Assembly (NCBI GenBank): GCA_002327905.1
Contig: DCUY01000104.1
Coordinates: 7,904 to 71,903, forward strand
DNA from: a candidate division WOR-3 bacterium UBA2202
GTDB lineage: Bacteria > Hydrothermota > 32-111
Length of the DNA stretch: 64,000 nt
Reading direction: 5' to 3'
Shown here: piece after piece, positions 11,201-20,188 of the stretch
Layout: every line of letters starts with the position of its first letter
How positions within the stretch are numbered: the stretch's first letter is position 1
Notes under the pieces: generated by a model
Seen by the model: the letters and a program-made list of their open reading frames with translations, nothing else
Database searches by the model: none
What the model was told of the DNA's origin: nothing
Made by a program: the position numbers and the translations under genes

Positions 11201-12521
11201 TTTTTATCTTCTGATATTCCGAGTCAACCTGATACAGTTTGTCGGCAGATTCTTTTTCAAGGAGTTCAAGTTTTGTTTTCTGCTTTTTATACTCCTCCGA
11301 TATTCTTGATAATTGGCCTTTCTCCCTTTCTATATCCCTTCTGACGGCATTTAATTGTCTGCCATTGTCAGCAATTTTTTCGCGCAGTTCCTTCTCTTCG
11401 ACTGATTTCTTCATTATTATCGAGACCAATTCGTTCAAACTCTCTTCATCTGCCTTTATTGTGGCAGTATCTAAAATTCTGTTTTCAACTGCAGGTTTTA
11501 CAGTATCGGAGTCAAAATCGACCATCTCCTCTTTTCTTCCGAAATTGTCGGTCTCTTCAACAAGAGTCTCTTTTGCCGGTTCCTCTTCGGGAGTCATATC
11601 AATCGCATCAAGCATGTCAGAAAGCCCCTCTGTTTCAATTTTGTCTGACATACTCTCTTTTTCCGCAACCGCAGATTCCTCCTCAGTAATTGAAGCACCT
11701 TCTTTTAAGTCATCCAAAGAAATTTCTTTTATTTGCTCTGTTTCAATTATCCGAGAAGCGGCTTTTGGCTCTTCTATCATTGTTTCAGTCTTATCTTCTT
11801 CAGTTTCAAGAACTATTTCTTCAGAGTCCCCGATTTTTATGTCAGTCGGAGCATCTGCATCCAAATCGACATCTTTTATATATGTCACATCATTATCTTC
11901 GCTTTCAAGCTTCCCTATTCCGTCCACAAGAGAATCAAGAGATTCTGTCTCCATAATACTTTCAGCTGACTTGACTTCCTGTTCAATGCCGCTCTGTTCA
12001 GGCATCTTCTCCTCTTTCTCTGCTTCAGTCCTTTTTATTTCCGGTGTTTCATCATTAATTTCAATCCCAAGATGAGTTTCTTCCTGAACCGCATCCAGAG
12101 AATCAGTCAAATCCATTAAATCCGAAAGGGTATTCTCTAAATTGTCTTCATTCTCTTCTTTTTTAATTTCTTCCGCAGAGACAGAGAGTCCTTCAGTTTT
12201 AGATTCATCAGCATCCTGCGCTGAAGCTTTATTGTCCTGCATTTCATCTATTGAATCAAGCATATCCGTGAGGGAATCTATGGATGATTCATCAGTCTCC
12301 GCTTGTGTTTGAGAATCAAGATCGGAAATTATATCCTCCAAACCTGAAGAGATATCTTCAATTGTCTCATCTTGGCTATCCGTCTTGTCCTGCTTGAGCA
12401 CAGCTCTCTCTTTTCTGTCTAAGGAAGCGGGTTTTATCCCGCGCCTTTTCTTTTTCAGGACAATCGGCGCAGATTTTTTATCGGATTTTTTTTCATCGTC
12501 TCCGTTTTTCTTAAAAAACAT
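8244..12521 (-). CDS. Giant (1425 aa) acidic coiled-coil protein of unknown function
   Basis: Uninterrupted ORF with a short basic N-terminus (KKSDKKSAPIVLKKKRRGIK) and no signal peptide or TM segment. An acidic 300-aa region carries five SLxDxLDxID-like motifs. It is followed by roughly 1000 aa of E/K-rich heptad-like sequence and an acidic, Ser-rich tail. The purine-rich coding strand generates long spurious Ser/Phe-rich ORFs on the opposite strand. Confidence 0.6.
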   Translation of the reverse strand: MFFKKNGDDEKKSDKKSAPIVLKKKRRGIKPASLDRKERAVLKQDKTDSQDETIEDISSGLEDIISDLDSQTQAETDESSIDSLTDMLDSIDEMQDNKASAQDADESKTEGLSVSAEEIKKEENEDNLENTLSDLMDLTDSLDAVQEETHLGIEINDETPEIKRTEAEKEEKMPEQSGIEQEVKSAESIMETESLDSLVDGIGKLESEDNDVTYIKDVDLDADAPTDIKIGDSEEIVLETEEDKTETMIEEPKAASRIIETEQIKEISLDDLKEGASITEEESAVAEKESMSDKIETEGLSDMLDAIDMTPEEEPAKETLVEETDNFGRKEEMVDFDSDTVKPAVENRILDTATIKADEESLNELVSIIMKKSVEEKELREKIADNGRQLNAVRRDIEREKGQLSRISEEYKKQKTKLELLEKESADKLYQVDSEYQKIKKEVEEKKNNKQTLNDGIETAIKEKKEFEELIREAKSKIDREGTNLNQIKLEKEKSENELNFLKKSIEDLKKSRSDLESNFEEYKEQERETRTVIEKAKKEQDILLKKIEEEKNTLKDLEGKISDKREYLNNLESGMGKTLNQEMDIGEKIKELKKHSEEIKNQTSQNEKERDKIKKEKESVEKELQESKSEYDQIKTQLGEYQEKVKRARTDYENAIKMLSDKEKQIKDRESYFNEIDTLVNSNEKKKKILEAEVESESEKIENIKTSIKQNQNKLDEIMKEYTGFSDRYVEIKNEMAEYEKQKTALINDIEKTRKEKIELDKSIKDLKEEDSSLKESIIEDKSELEKLKANAEMILANFNGKELERKTLVEEIAKKTEEKTHIMNEIDKYKLEVLEQEEILEDIEKQIKDKNESSEKAFSEMKIKMEEAETQLAIIDEEFDSKKKEIESMDAKIAKLHDREVNIENEIKDRMRGVSSAIEDMEKEKQALDEELIELKNETVSLRSDKDELEKWLKEKESEAVKCGAELKETQERLNGLQMSIKMASVDLEDVRLQKESFAQEIEELKAEEIKTRTIIEERKRDFEELNEKVERIETDFPNIREYKPLQDDAPQVIEAKMSLNQLLKIKNKLDEIIVLRKNQERKLAAVLGIEKIENIKKNIESELSDKEKTLLTYRKELSSVTEELKSKNTEIARMSSKRQEMQQGFVDDQVKLENLKKELSDTTQKMVKIAKIEKQMQEQYSSLQRELKKATDDKEQIDSKLDAENLHLEELSKKKNSIEKEINTLTEENKRLTEVNASEKDKSGADAEMIKLFSENKELRESLQRTNNQIVKAKEEIESLHRKTKELELENAKRIPEEKSFAGGIMKIRELEETSERLLRENKILQSEIRELRMGKSEEASKKTTDVFQREKHPEEKRQDIFETLSKPAVKHVDFASEKSPVKEFAEERQISEFQKTFKKMESESSKESSSESSSMDDILFG

Positions 12522-12532
12522 AAATCCCCCTT

Positions 12533-13426
12533 TTAACTTCTGGGATGATATGCATTATAAATCTCTTTTATGAATTTTCTGCTCACATGAGTGTAAATTT
12601 CAGTAGTGATAATGCTTGAATGCCCCAGCATCTCCTGAACTGACCTGAGGTCCGCTCCTCCTTCAAGAAGATGAGTCGCGAATGAATGTCTTAAAATATG
12701 CGGGTGAAGATGAATCTTCAGACCTGCCTTTATCGACCTCTCCTTGAGTATGTTCCACACTGACATTCTGCTGAGCTGTCCGCCGAATCTGTTAAGGAAA
12801 AGATATTTTGACTGTTTGGAATTTAAAACAGGCCTTGAAGAAGCAAGATAATTATTAATCGCCTTTATTGCAGTTGAGCTTATAGGTATTATCCTCTCCT
12901 TCATTCTTTTTCCGAGAACAATGACAAACTCTTCTTTGAAATTTATTGATTCCATTGTGAGATTGACTGACTCGGAGACCCTCAGACCGCATGCGTAAAT
13001 TGTTTCAAGAAGAGCTCTGTCCCTTAAAGACATCCAGTCATCTCCCGATATTGATTCAAGAAGCAGATTTATCTCCTCCATTGTCATTGAATCCGGAAGA
13101 TTCTTATTCAGTTTCGGGGTCTCAATATTCTCCGACGGATTTTTTTCTATTTTGCCTTCAGAGAGGAGAAACATGAAAAAATTCTTTATGCTTGTCAGTT
13201 TTCTTGATAGTGTCGTATGCTTCGCGTCAAGGTCAAGCAGACTCTTCATGAAAGACATTATATCTTCCGATTCAGTTTTTTGAATATCCGTATTCTTCTC
13301 TTTCAAGTATTCCATAAACTGCTTTATATCCTTTAAATAAAATTCCACAGTCTCTTTTGAGCAGTTTCTCTCAGAGAGAAGATATGAGGAATACTCTTTA
13401 AGTATTGAAATGTCAAAAGATTTCAT
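12533..13426 (-). CDS. Tyrosine site-specific recombinase, XerC/XerD family
   Basis: C-terminal catalytic region HPHILRHSFATHLLEGGADLRSVQEMLGHSSIITTEIYTHV (R-H-R-Y pentad context). The likely start is MKSFDIS at 13426, not the upstream M at 13456. Confidence 0.85.
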   Translation of the reverse strand: MKSFDISILKEYSSYLLSERNCSKETVEFYLKDIKQFMEYLKEKNTDIQKTESEDIMSFMKSLLDLDAKHTTLSRKLTSIKNFFMFLLSEGKIEKNPSENIETPKLNKNLPDSMTMEEINLLLESISGDDWMSLRDRALLETIYACGLRVSESVNLTMESINFKEEFVIVLGKRMKERIIPISSTAIKAINNYLASSRPVLNSKQSKYLFLNRFGGQLSRMSVWNILKERSIKAGLKIHLHPHILRHSFATHLLEGGADLRSVQEMLGHSSIITTEIYTHVSRKFIKEIYNAYHPRS

Positions 13427-14789
13427 ACGAACTTCCTCTGCTTGGAATCTCCACATTATTGTATCCGTTCATTTTCAGACTATTGGTAAATGCATCCATC
13501 TGGCTTGATTCGCCGTGGACCAAGAATATCTTCTCAGGAGTTGTCTCCTTTACATGCCTCATCAGGTCGTTTTTATCAGCATGCGCGCTGTATTCATTCA
13601 TTATGTAAACATCAGCTCTCACCTGAAACTCTTCAGAGAATATCCTCACCCTCTTTTCATGGTCTGCTATTCTTCTTCCAAGTGTGTTTTCAGCCATAAA
13701 TCCTGTTATCAGAATTGTATTTTTTTTGTCTGTTATATTGTGCTTCAGATGATGCAGGATTCTCCCTGCTTCGCACATTCCGCTTGAGGATATTATTATG
13801 GACGGCTTCTTAAGCATATTCAGCATCTTTGAATCTTCCACTTCGGTTATATAGTGGAGATTTTCAAATTCAAAGGGATTCTGATTATTATTGAATAATT
13901 CCATCATCTCTTTATCATAGCATTCAGGATGATTCTTAAAAACATCAGTCGCATTTGAACTGAGAGGAGAGTCGACATATATTCCTATTTTCGGGATTCT
14001 GTCATCCTTCTGCAGATTAAAAATGTCAAAGAGCAATTCCTGTGTGCGGCCCACAGAGAATGACGGAACTACAAGATTTCCCTTTTTCCCTCTGGTCTCT
14101 TCAATTATTCTTTTCAGCTCATCCTGAGACATCTGAATATTTTTATGGCTACGATCTCCGTAAGTGGTTTCCGTTATCAGAATTTCCACATCACCCACTC
14201 TGTCCGGATTTCTTATTACAGGCATGTGCTCCCTTCCAAGGTCGCCTGTAAAAAGAATTTTCTTGCCCTTGAGTTCGAAAAGTATCTGAGCTGACCCGAG
14301 AATGTGGCCTGCCTCTATAAAAGAGAATTTCAGATCATTGTCAATATTTATGGTTTTGTAGTAGCTGATTCCTTTTATGTGCTCTATCGCATGCTCTGCA
14401 TCCCGAACTGTATAAAGCGGCTCCTTTAAAGGCTCATTCTTTTTTTTCAGCTTTTTATTAAGGTATTCAATATCCTTCTCATGAATATGTCCGCTGTCTC
14501 TCAGCATCAAATCGAGAAGGTCGCGCGTCGCATCTGTTGAAATAATGTCTCTGTTGTATCCCTGTTTTACGAGGTTCGGCAGATTGCCGCTGTGGTCTAT
14601 ATGGGCATGTGATATTATAACCATATCTATTGATTTCGGATCAAAGGGGAAATTTTTATTTATCTCTTCGCTCTCGCTCCTTCTCCCCTGATGAAGTCCG
14701 CACTCCACAAGAATCTTCTTTGAATTATGCTCTATTAAGAACATGGAACCTGTCACTGTGCGCGTTGCTCCGAAAAATGTTATTTTCAT
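13413..14789 (-). CDS. Beta-CASP metallo-beta-lactamase-fold ribonuclease (COG1236, TTHA0252/RNase J-like)
   Basis: MKITFFGATRTVTGSMFLIEHNSKKILVECGLHQG N-terminus, HAHIDHSGNLP metal-binding motif, 458 aa. Confidence 0.7.
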   Translation of the reverse strand: MKITFFGATRTVTGSMFLIEHNSKKILVECGLHQGRRSESEEINKNFPFDPKSIDMVIISHAHIDHSGNLPNLVKQGYNRDIISTDATRDLLDLMLRDSGHIHEKDIEYLNKKLKKKNEPLKEPLYTVRDAEHAIEHIKGISYYKTINIDNDLKFSFIEAGHILGSAQILFELKGKKILFTGDLGREHMPVIRNPDRVGDVEILITETTYGDRSHKNIQMSQDELKRIIEETRGKKGNLVVPSFSVGRTQELLFDIFNLQKDDRIPKIGIYVDSPLSSNATDVFKNHPECYDKEMMELFNNNQNPFEFENLHYITEVEDSKMLNMLKKPSIIISSSGMCEAGRILHHLKHNITDKKNTILITGFMAENTLGRRIADHEKRVRIFSEEFQVRADVYIMNEYSAHADKNDLMRHVKETTPEKIFLVHGESSQMDAFTNSLKMNGYNNVEIPSRGSSYEIF

Positions 14790-14790
14790 A

Positions 14791-15459
14791 TCAGTACCTG
14801 TAAAGAAATATTTTCTTCATGCTGTTTTCAAATAAGAGTTTTTTACCGCATTCTCCGTGCCCCGGATATATCATTGAATCCATCTTCAGTGCTGTCCAGA
14901 AAGATCGCACTGAAGCGACTAACTGGAGAGAGTCGCCGCCCGGAAGGTCTGTCCTTCCAAGTCCTTCTGTAAAAATCAAATCCCCTGAGAAAAAGAAATT
15001 TCCTGTTATTAAAGTGATTGAGCCGGGAGTATGACCCGGAGTCTCTTTTACAAAAAACCTGTTCTCCCCAAGTTCAAGATGGTCATTATTCTTAAGCACT
15101 ATATCGCTTTTTGGCGACACATAGGATATGCCGACAAATTCGGACATGTTCAGAGCGGGTGATGTCAGGTATTCCGCATCCTCAGCTCCAATGCATATCA
15201 AAGGATTATATTTCTCCTTCAAAAACTTATTGCCTGAAATATGGTCAAAGTGCCCGTGCGTATTTACTATGTATTTGACAGTCAATTCCCTCTCGTCAAG
15301 GTATTTTGAAATCGCCTTTCCGTCCGCAGGGTCTATCACTATGCAAGTATTATCCGGAGTGTTGCTTATTATATGGGTATTGGTGTCAATCTCACCGTTT
15401 AATATGGTATCTATCCTAAAACTCGCATTAAGGTTTCTCATAACCTTAAATAATATCAT
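14791..15459 (-). CDS. MBL-fold metallo-hydrolase (glyoxalase II-like)
   Basis: THGHFDHISGN and TPGHTPGS motifs; 222 aa. Confidence 0.7.
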   Translation of the reverse strand: MILFKVMRNLNASFRIDTILNGEIDTNTHIISNTPDNTCIVIDPADGKAISKYLDERELTVKYIVNTHGHFDHISGNKFLKEKYNPLICIGAEDAEYLTSPALNMSEFVGISYVSPKSDIVLKNNDHLELGENRFFVKETPGHTPGSITLITGNFFFSGDLIFTEGLGRTDLPGGDSLQLVASVRSFWTALKMDSMIYPGHGECGKKLLFENSMKKIFLYRY

Positions 15460-15629
15460 ATATTTATATTATTTCAAGATAAATTTATACAAATGAATTG
15501 TCGAACAAAACTGACCGTATTATGTAAAGTTGAAATGAATAAAATTGAATCTTAAAAGCATATTTTAAATCTAATATAATTTTCACTTTTTTATGACAAT
15601 GATATCTATTATAAATTTATATTGTATTT

Positions 15630-17135
15630 TTATCTTATCAAAAAATGCTTTTCTTTGATTGTTCTATTATTCTCTTTCAGTTTTATAAAGTATATCCCGT
15701 TCTTCAAGTGTCTGATGTCTGTTTTGTGCGTTCCGCTTGCTTTTGATTCTTCTTTGATTACCTCTCTGCCTGATATGTCATAAACTGTCAATGTGCCTTG
15801 TGTATTTGTATTCCATATTATGTATTGATTTTGTATTTGCATTTTTAGCTCATGGCTCACAGCGCATGGCACAAGGTTTTTTGCGCACGGCTCATGGCTC
15901 TCTTCTATCCCATTCACTGCCACCGAGTCTTCAAAGATTCTTGTGCATTCATCTCCAACACTCTGGCCGCAGCCGCTGAAGATTATCTCATCATAGCCGT
16001 TCTTATTAAAGTCATGACACTTTATATGGCTCTGGATTGTATTGTATGTAGGGTCAGTGTATTCCCAGCTCATTTCAAACTGATTGTCTCCTGTTGACTC
16101 CCATACCTCTATATGTCTCCCGCCACATATCACAAGTTCATTCAAACTATCCCCATCAACATCTCCATAATCCATATCCCCTGCATACACTAAGCTGTAA
16201 TCTGTATCTACTTCAAAGTCTCTTCTCCATATTGTATCATACACTCCCGTGCCGCTTGTGTCCTCATAAATTATAAATGCATAAGAATTAGGTGGACCTA
16301 AATAATTTAGTTGATATTTCATTATCTCATTTGTTCCATCTCTGTCTATATCAGGTAATATCAATAGCGCCCTAGATCCATATCCTCCTTCAGTTAATGA
16401 ATCCTGTTTTATGAAAGTGGTATCTGATAAATTTTCTGATTCAAAGAAATACAAATAATTCTCCGGTGATGTTATCACCATCTCTGTTAATCCATTTCCA
16501 TCTATATCACCAATATCCATTGCACTTTGTACTCTTGTACTTTCTGCAAATGTATTCAATATTTCATACTGATTATCTCCCGTACAGGTAAAATAATACC
16601 AGCCATAACCATTAGTCGGTGTTGTTATTTCAGGTATGCCTCCACCATAAATCCTTTCTATTCCATCACCTTTTAGATTGTTGGAAATGCTTAAGTAATA
16701 AACAGATCTATACAGTGTATCGGATTGCCATACTAAATTGTCAAAAAATGATGTGCTGTCAATCTGCTCTAATATCATCAGATGCATATATTCATCATCT
16801 CCTGGCATCCCAATAAGCAAATCTTTGAGTCCATCTTGATCAAAGTTACCAGTGCCTGAAGTCCATATAAGATTCGTATCTACAATGGAATCAATCAATA
16901 CATAAGTATTTTCACTTTGGTATTCATAAAATAATATTTTTCGTCCATTATTTATTATAAGCTCTTCATCAAAATCATTATTGTAATCAGATATTTGTTG
17001 TCTTGTAAAAGACATACTTGGATGCACCCCTCTCTGTATATAACTTATCTCTTCAAATGATTCTGCGCGTGTTTTCAAGAATAAGCATAATGTAATAAAA
17101 AACAATAATCTAAATATTTTCATTTTTTTCCTCAT
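15630..17135 (-). CDS. Secreted FG-GAP/VCBS-repeat protein with T9SS C-terminal sorting domain
   Basis: Signal peptide MRKKMKIFRLLFFITLCLFLKTRA. Repeated DxDGxG calcium-binding-like motifs (DQDGLKDLLIG, DIDGNGLTEMV, DVDGDSLNELVI, DFNKNGYDEIIF). C-terminus ...GTLTVYDISGREV...GIYFIKLKENNRTIKEKHFLIR, typical of a type IX secretion CTD. Confidence 0.7.
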   Translation of the reverse strand: MRKKMKIFRLLFFITLCLFLKTRAESFEEISYIQRGVHPSMSFTRQQISDYNNDFDEELIINNGRKILFYEYQSENTYVLIDSIVDTNLIWTSGTGNFDQDGLKDLLIGMPGDDEYMHLMILEQIDSTSFFDNLVWQSDTLYRSVYYLSISNNLKGDGIERIYGGGIPEITTPTNGYGWYYFTCTGDNQYEILNTFAESTRVQSAMDIGDIDGNGLTEMVITSPENYLYFFESENLSDTTFIKQDSLTEGGYGSRALLILPDIDRDGTNEIMKYQLNYLGPPNSYAFIIYEDTSGTGVYDTIWRRDFEVDTDYSLVYAGDMDYGDVDGDSLNELVICGGRHIEVWESTGDNQFEMSWEYTDPTYNTIQSHIKCHDFNKNGYDEIIFSGCGQSVGDECTRIFEDSVAVNGIEESHEPCAKNLVPCAVSHELKMQIQNQYIIWNTNTQGTLTVYDISGREVIKEESKASGTHKTDIRHLKNGIYFIKLKENNRTIKEKHFLIR

Positions 17136-17144
17136 ATAATAATG

Positions 17145-17176
17145 GAGCGGAATAAATCAATTAATTTATTCCGCTC
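17145..17176. terminator. Perfect 13-bp inverted repeat hairpin between the two T9SS cargo genes
   Basis: GAGCGGAATAAAT-caatta-ATTTATTCCGCTC, lying downstream of the 17195 stop on the minus strand. Flanks are A/T-rich. Confidence 0.4.
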
Positions 17177-17194
17177 TCATTAATTAGTGTTTTG

Positions 17195-20185
17195 TTACTT
17201 TATTATATTTATTCTGCTTGTCTCTGTCTCATCTCCATTCTTTAGAACTGCGAAGTAAACTCCGGTTTTATAGATATTGCTCAATTTTATACTGTTTGTT
17301 CCTTTGTTTACTTTTGCAATTATAGATGTTACTTCTCTGCCTGAGACATCATACACTCTTACTTCAACATTGACTTCTTTTTCGGATGTATAATTAATAG
17401 ATACTTTATCTTTGATCGTAAAGATATTTTTGTTTATCTCTTTTGATTCTGTTATTGGTGCAAATATCTTTATCTTATTTGATACTGCAACCACTTCTTC
17501 TCCGTCTGTTTCGTACTGGTAAACCAATACCTCTGCATCTCTATTTGGGTTGCCTCTCTTCCTGTCTATGCTTACAACAATGCTGTAATCCTGATATGTC
17601 TCCTTTGGAAGTGTTATCTCAGTAGTATCAGGTCTGTTGGTATGTCCTGTTACTACTGCATATACTTCTCCGTCTATCTGGATTATCTGTGGCTTTACTG
17701 GGCTTCCCTCCGAGGTAATTACCTTAACCGTATAATTCATCTCAGGATTGAGTCCGTTTATTGTTGTATTAAGTTGTTCAACAGGTTCTTTAACTGCTAT
17801 GTATTCATAAAGAGGAGATGTTGTTACCGTTTCTACTGTATCCTCCGGTTCCGATTCGATAAATGTAAATGCAGTAGGATAATAGTCCCTTGTCATCCAT
17901 TTAATCCTATAGTTCCCGTTGCTTCCTTCACTCCATATATGATAGCCTCTTACCTTCGTCATCAATAAAGGTTTTGTCTCAAATTCAGTCGTATGTATTG
18001 AGTCTGCTCCTGTATATACACTTATATCGTTTCCGCTGTAGTTGGTTATGAGTTTGTTGCTGTTATTGATATAGTTTATGAATATACCGTTGCTTGCTTT
18101 GGGATACTCATTCTTTCCCATTGTTACATTCACCTTTACTGCATTTGCATCAATTATTCCTTTACTCAATTTTCTTCTGTATATGTCTTTTGTTTCGTCT
18201 GTATTTACCGCCTCATATACAAATGATGTTGCATCTCCATAATAATCTGTTGTAGGTGCATTACAAATTTGGTTGGCGTTGCTGACTGTAGTTGGCTGAG
18301 TCCATTGCATAATGTTTGTGTTCCAAATCTTAGCTATGTAGTTTGTTGATGTATCTATAAATCCTATTACTTGTGCGGTAAAATCTGTTGTATTATACAA
18401 TGAAAACACAGGTGATTTCACAGGAACTTTATCATATTCACCCAAATAAGATACAATAGTGTCATAGTAAATACCGTCTGTATTCAACTCATTCATGCTT
18501 GTTAATATGTAATCTCCCTCTTCTCTCTGAAGATAACTATGATTTATGTATCCAAGATATGTCTGGCTTGTCGTACTATTATAACCCAGAACCGGCTCGC
18601 TCAGCAATATCGCAGGATTTACCAATGTATCCTCAGGTATCCACGGACTTGATTTGATAGAATAACTGTAAGAGCTCATCCCATCTCTCCATACTGCTAT
18701 CAGTCCGCTCGCAGTTCTTGTTAGTACTGGCTCAGTTCCTCTGCCCAATACCTCAAGATCCCATGTCTGTCCAAAATCTATACTCCTTCCATACACCACA
18801 CTTTCACCTGTCGTATAAACCATGTCCATCTCGTCAGTTTTTAGCTTTCTTACTATATGCTCCTGATTGTTTGTTCCGAAGGTTTCAGAAGTATTGCTCC
18901 ACATATATGCGCCTATTGTTGACCTGTATGCAACATATCCCACTCCGTCGATTGTAAGTTTCAGCGGTCTGTTGCTATTCAGATATGCCGGTATGAAAAC
19001 CCATCCATACTCATCCGTTATCCCCTGATAATAGAATCCTCCCGGTTGATTGTCTGTCAGTGTTACTGTCAAGCCCGGAATTCCTGTTATTCCCTTCGTT
19101 TCATCTTCTCTTGATGCCTCTATATATATCATATTATCCTTTATTACAGGAACCTCTGTCGGCTTCCCAACACGCTCAATCACCTTATAATCGACATCTA
19201 TTTCATGTCTCTCTATCTGTGTTAGCTCATTAGTATTTTGAACCACAAAATAGTATGGCAGTGTATCTGTAGCAGTAAAAGCAATTCTAATTACTCCATT
19301 TACATCGGCACTCTTTTCTGCTGTTATAATCTGTCCCTTATTATTCTCAATATGTGCTGATGCATTTGTAAATGGATTACCATCTGTACATCTCGTTAAT
19401 CTGATGCCCACTGTATCTAAAAATTCATATTTCACTGTTCGGTCAACAATCTGTGATACAAAAAAACTGTCCATGTCAGGTTCACTACTTATATCATTGT
19501 AGTCGCTCGTATGCTCTTGCACAAATTGCTTTTCAGTATATATGTATACTCTTATCGGTTTTGATGTATCTTCAAATCTAAAAGTGTCACCCAATATTAT
19601 ATAATTGCCATTTTGAATGTTCATTATTATTGCTTTTTCTGGAGCTTGTTCAGTTTGATTACTTGTTGTATCATATTTTACGATATTGTTGTTTACAATT
19701 ATTCGCCAGTAATAATGATTGACACCATCACGCCCCCTTCCTCCTGTTAACTGTATCCCTATTGAATTCCCATCATTTAAATGCAATTCTAGTGTGTTAT
19801 AATTATACAGATTATACCAATTATATACCACTAATTGAATATTGCCATGATCGAAAAGGGCATTTGACAGTAATTCCGGTATCTCCTGATAAACTCCACC
19901 TCTTATTAAATGAGTATCTGCCGGTAAAAAAACTTTTAGATATTTATCTTCTTCATATATATCTATTCCACTAATTGAATTAAACACCGTCCACTTGGAA
20001 TCAATTATACTATCATTGAATCCATCTGAGATATTCTTTATTAAATCTGCTTGTAAATTGCCGATTGGCAATAATGATAACAACATCAATCCAGCCAATA
20101 CTAACATAAATCGTAAGTATCGGGGGGGGGGGGGGTTAAACGCTTTTCGAAATTGTTCATACTTTCCTCCTTTGGTTAAATTCAA
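17195..20185 (-). CDS. Large secreted protein with T9SS C-terminal sorting domain; 5' end carries a C14 homopolymer (candidate phase-variable gene)
   Basis: 996-aa frame. Signal-peptide-like RFMLVLAGLMLLSLLPIGNLQA. C-terminus ...VRVYDVSGREV...GVYFAVLKNGDETETSRINIIK (T9SS CTD). The ORF-track start is a TTG at 20185 with no SD. The only SD-equipped start (AGGAGG 20170..20165, ATG 20160..20158) is out of frame by one nucleotide across the C14 tract. Confidence 0.7.
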   Translation of the reverse strand: MNLTKGGKYEQFRKAFNPPPPRYLRFMLVLAGLMLLSLLPIGNLQADLIKNISDGFNDSIIDSKWTVFNSISGIDIYEEDKYLKVFLPADTHLIRGGVYQEIPELLSNALFDHGNIQLVVYNWYNLYNYNTLELHLNDGNSIGIQLTGGRGRDGVNHYYWRIIVNNNIVKYDTTSNQTEQAPEKAIIMNIQNGNYIILGDTFRFEDTSKPIRVYIYTEKQFVQEHTSDYNDISSEPDMDSFFVSQIVDRTVKYEFLDTVGIRLTRCTDGNPFTNASAHIENNKGQIITAEKSADVNGVIRIAFTATDTLPYYFVVQNTNELTQIERHEIDVDYKVIERVGKPTEVPVIKDNMIYIEASREDETKGITGIPGLTVTLTDNQPGGFYYQGITDEYGWVFIPAYLNSNRPLKLTIDGVGYVAYRSTIGAYMWSNTSETFGTNNQEHIVRKLKTDEMDMVYTTGESVVYGRSIDFGQTWDLEVLGRGTEPVLTRTASGLIAVWRDGMSSYSYSIKSSPWIPEDTLVNPAILLSEPVLGYNSTTSQTYLGYINHSYLQREEGDYILTSMNELNTDGIYYDTIVSYLGEYDKVPVKSPVFSLYNTTDFTAQVIGFIDTSTNYIAKIWNTNIMQWTQPTTVSNANQICNAPTTDYYGDATSFVYEAVNTDETKDIYRRKLSKGIIDANAVKVNVTMGKNEYPKASNGIFINYINNSNKLITNYSGNDISVYTGADSIHTTEFETKPLLMTKVRGYHIWSEGSNGNYRIKWMTRDYYPTAFTFIESEPEDTVETVTTSPLYEYIAVKEPVEQLNTTINGLNPEMNYTVKVITSEGSPVKPQIIQIDGEVYAVVTGHTNRPDTTEITLPKETYQDYSIVVSIDRKRGNPNRDAEVLVYQYETDGEEVVAVSNKIKIFAPITESKEINKNIFTIKDKVSINYTSEKEVNVEVRVYDVSGREVTSIIAKVNKGTNSIKLSNIYKTGVYFAVLKNGDETETSRINIIK
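20122..20135. repeat. G14 (C14 on the coding strand) homopolymeric tract inside the 5' end of the T9SS cargo gene
   Basis: Counted directly: cggggggggggggggtt at 20121..20137. Encodes PPPP in the annotated frame. Confidence 0.9.
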
Positions 20186-20188
20186 AAT

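Noticed and set aside
11239-12075. 278-aa Ser/Phe/Leu-rich ORF on the plus strand, and similar ORFs at 9385..9828, 9895..10386 and 10810..11064
   Set aside because: These are antisense to the E/K-rich coiled-coil gene. The purine-rich (GAA/AAG) coding strand reads as TTC/CTT (Phe, Ser, Leu) on the other strand and is stop-poor by composition. They are low-complexity artefacts.
13413-13456. Apparent 44-nt overlap between the xerC/xerD-family recombinase gene and the beta-CASP RNase gene
   Set aside because: The overlap comes from choosing the most upstream Met. The recombinase more likely starts at MKSFDIS (13426), which reduces it to a typical 14-nt operon overlap rather than a frameshift or fusion.
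15841-15900. catggctcac-type short repeats (also near 58651..58675)
   Set aside because: The 15.8-kb copy is inside a coding sequence, where it encodes a repeated HEPCA/VPCAVSHE peptide. The similarity to the 58.6-kb copy is only about 12 nt, too weak to call a dispersed repeat.
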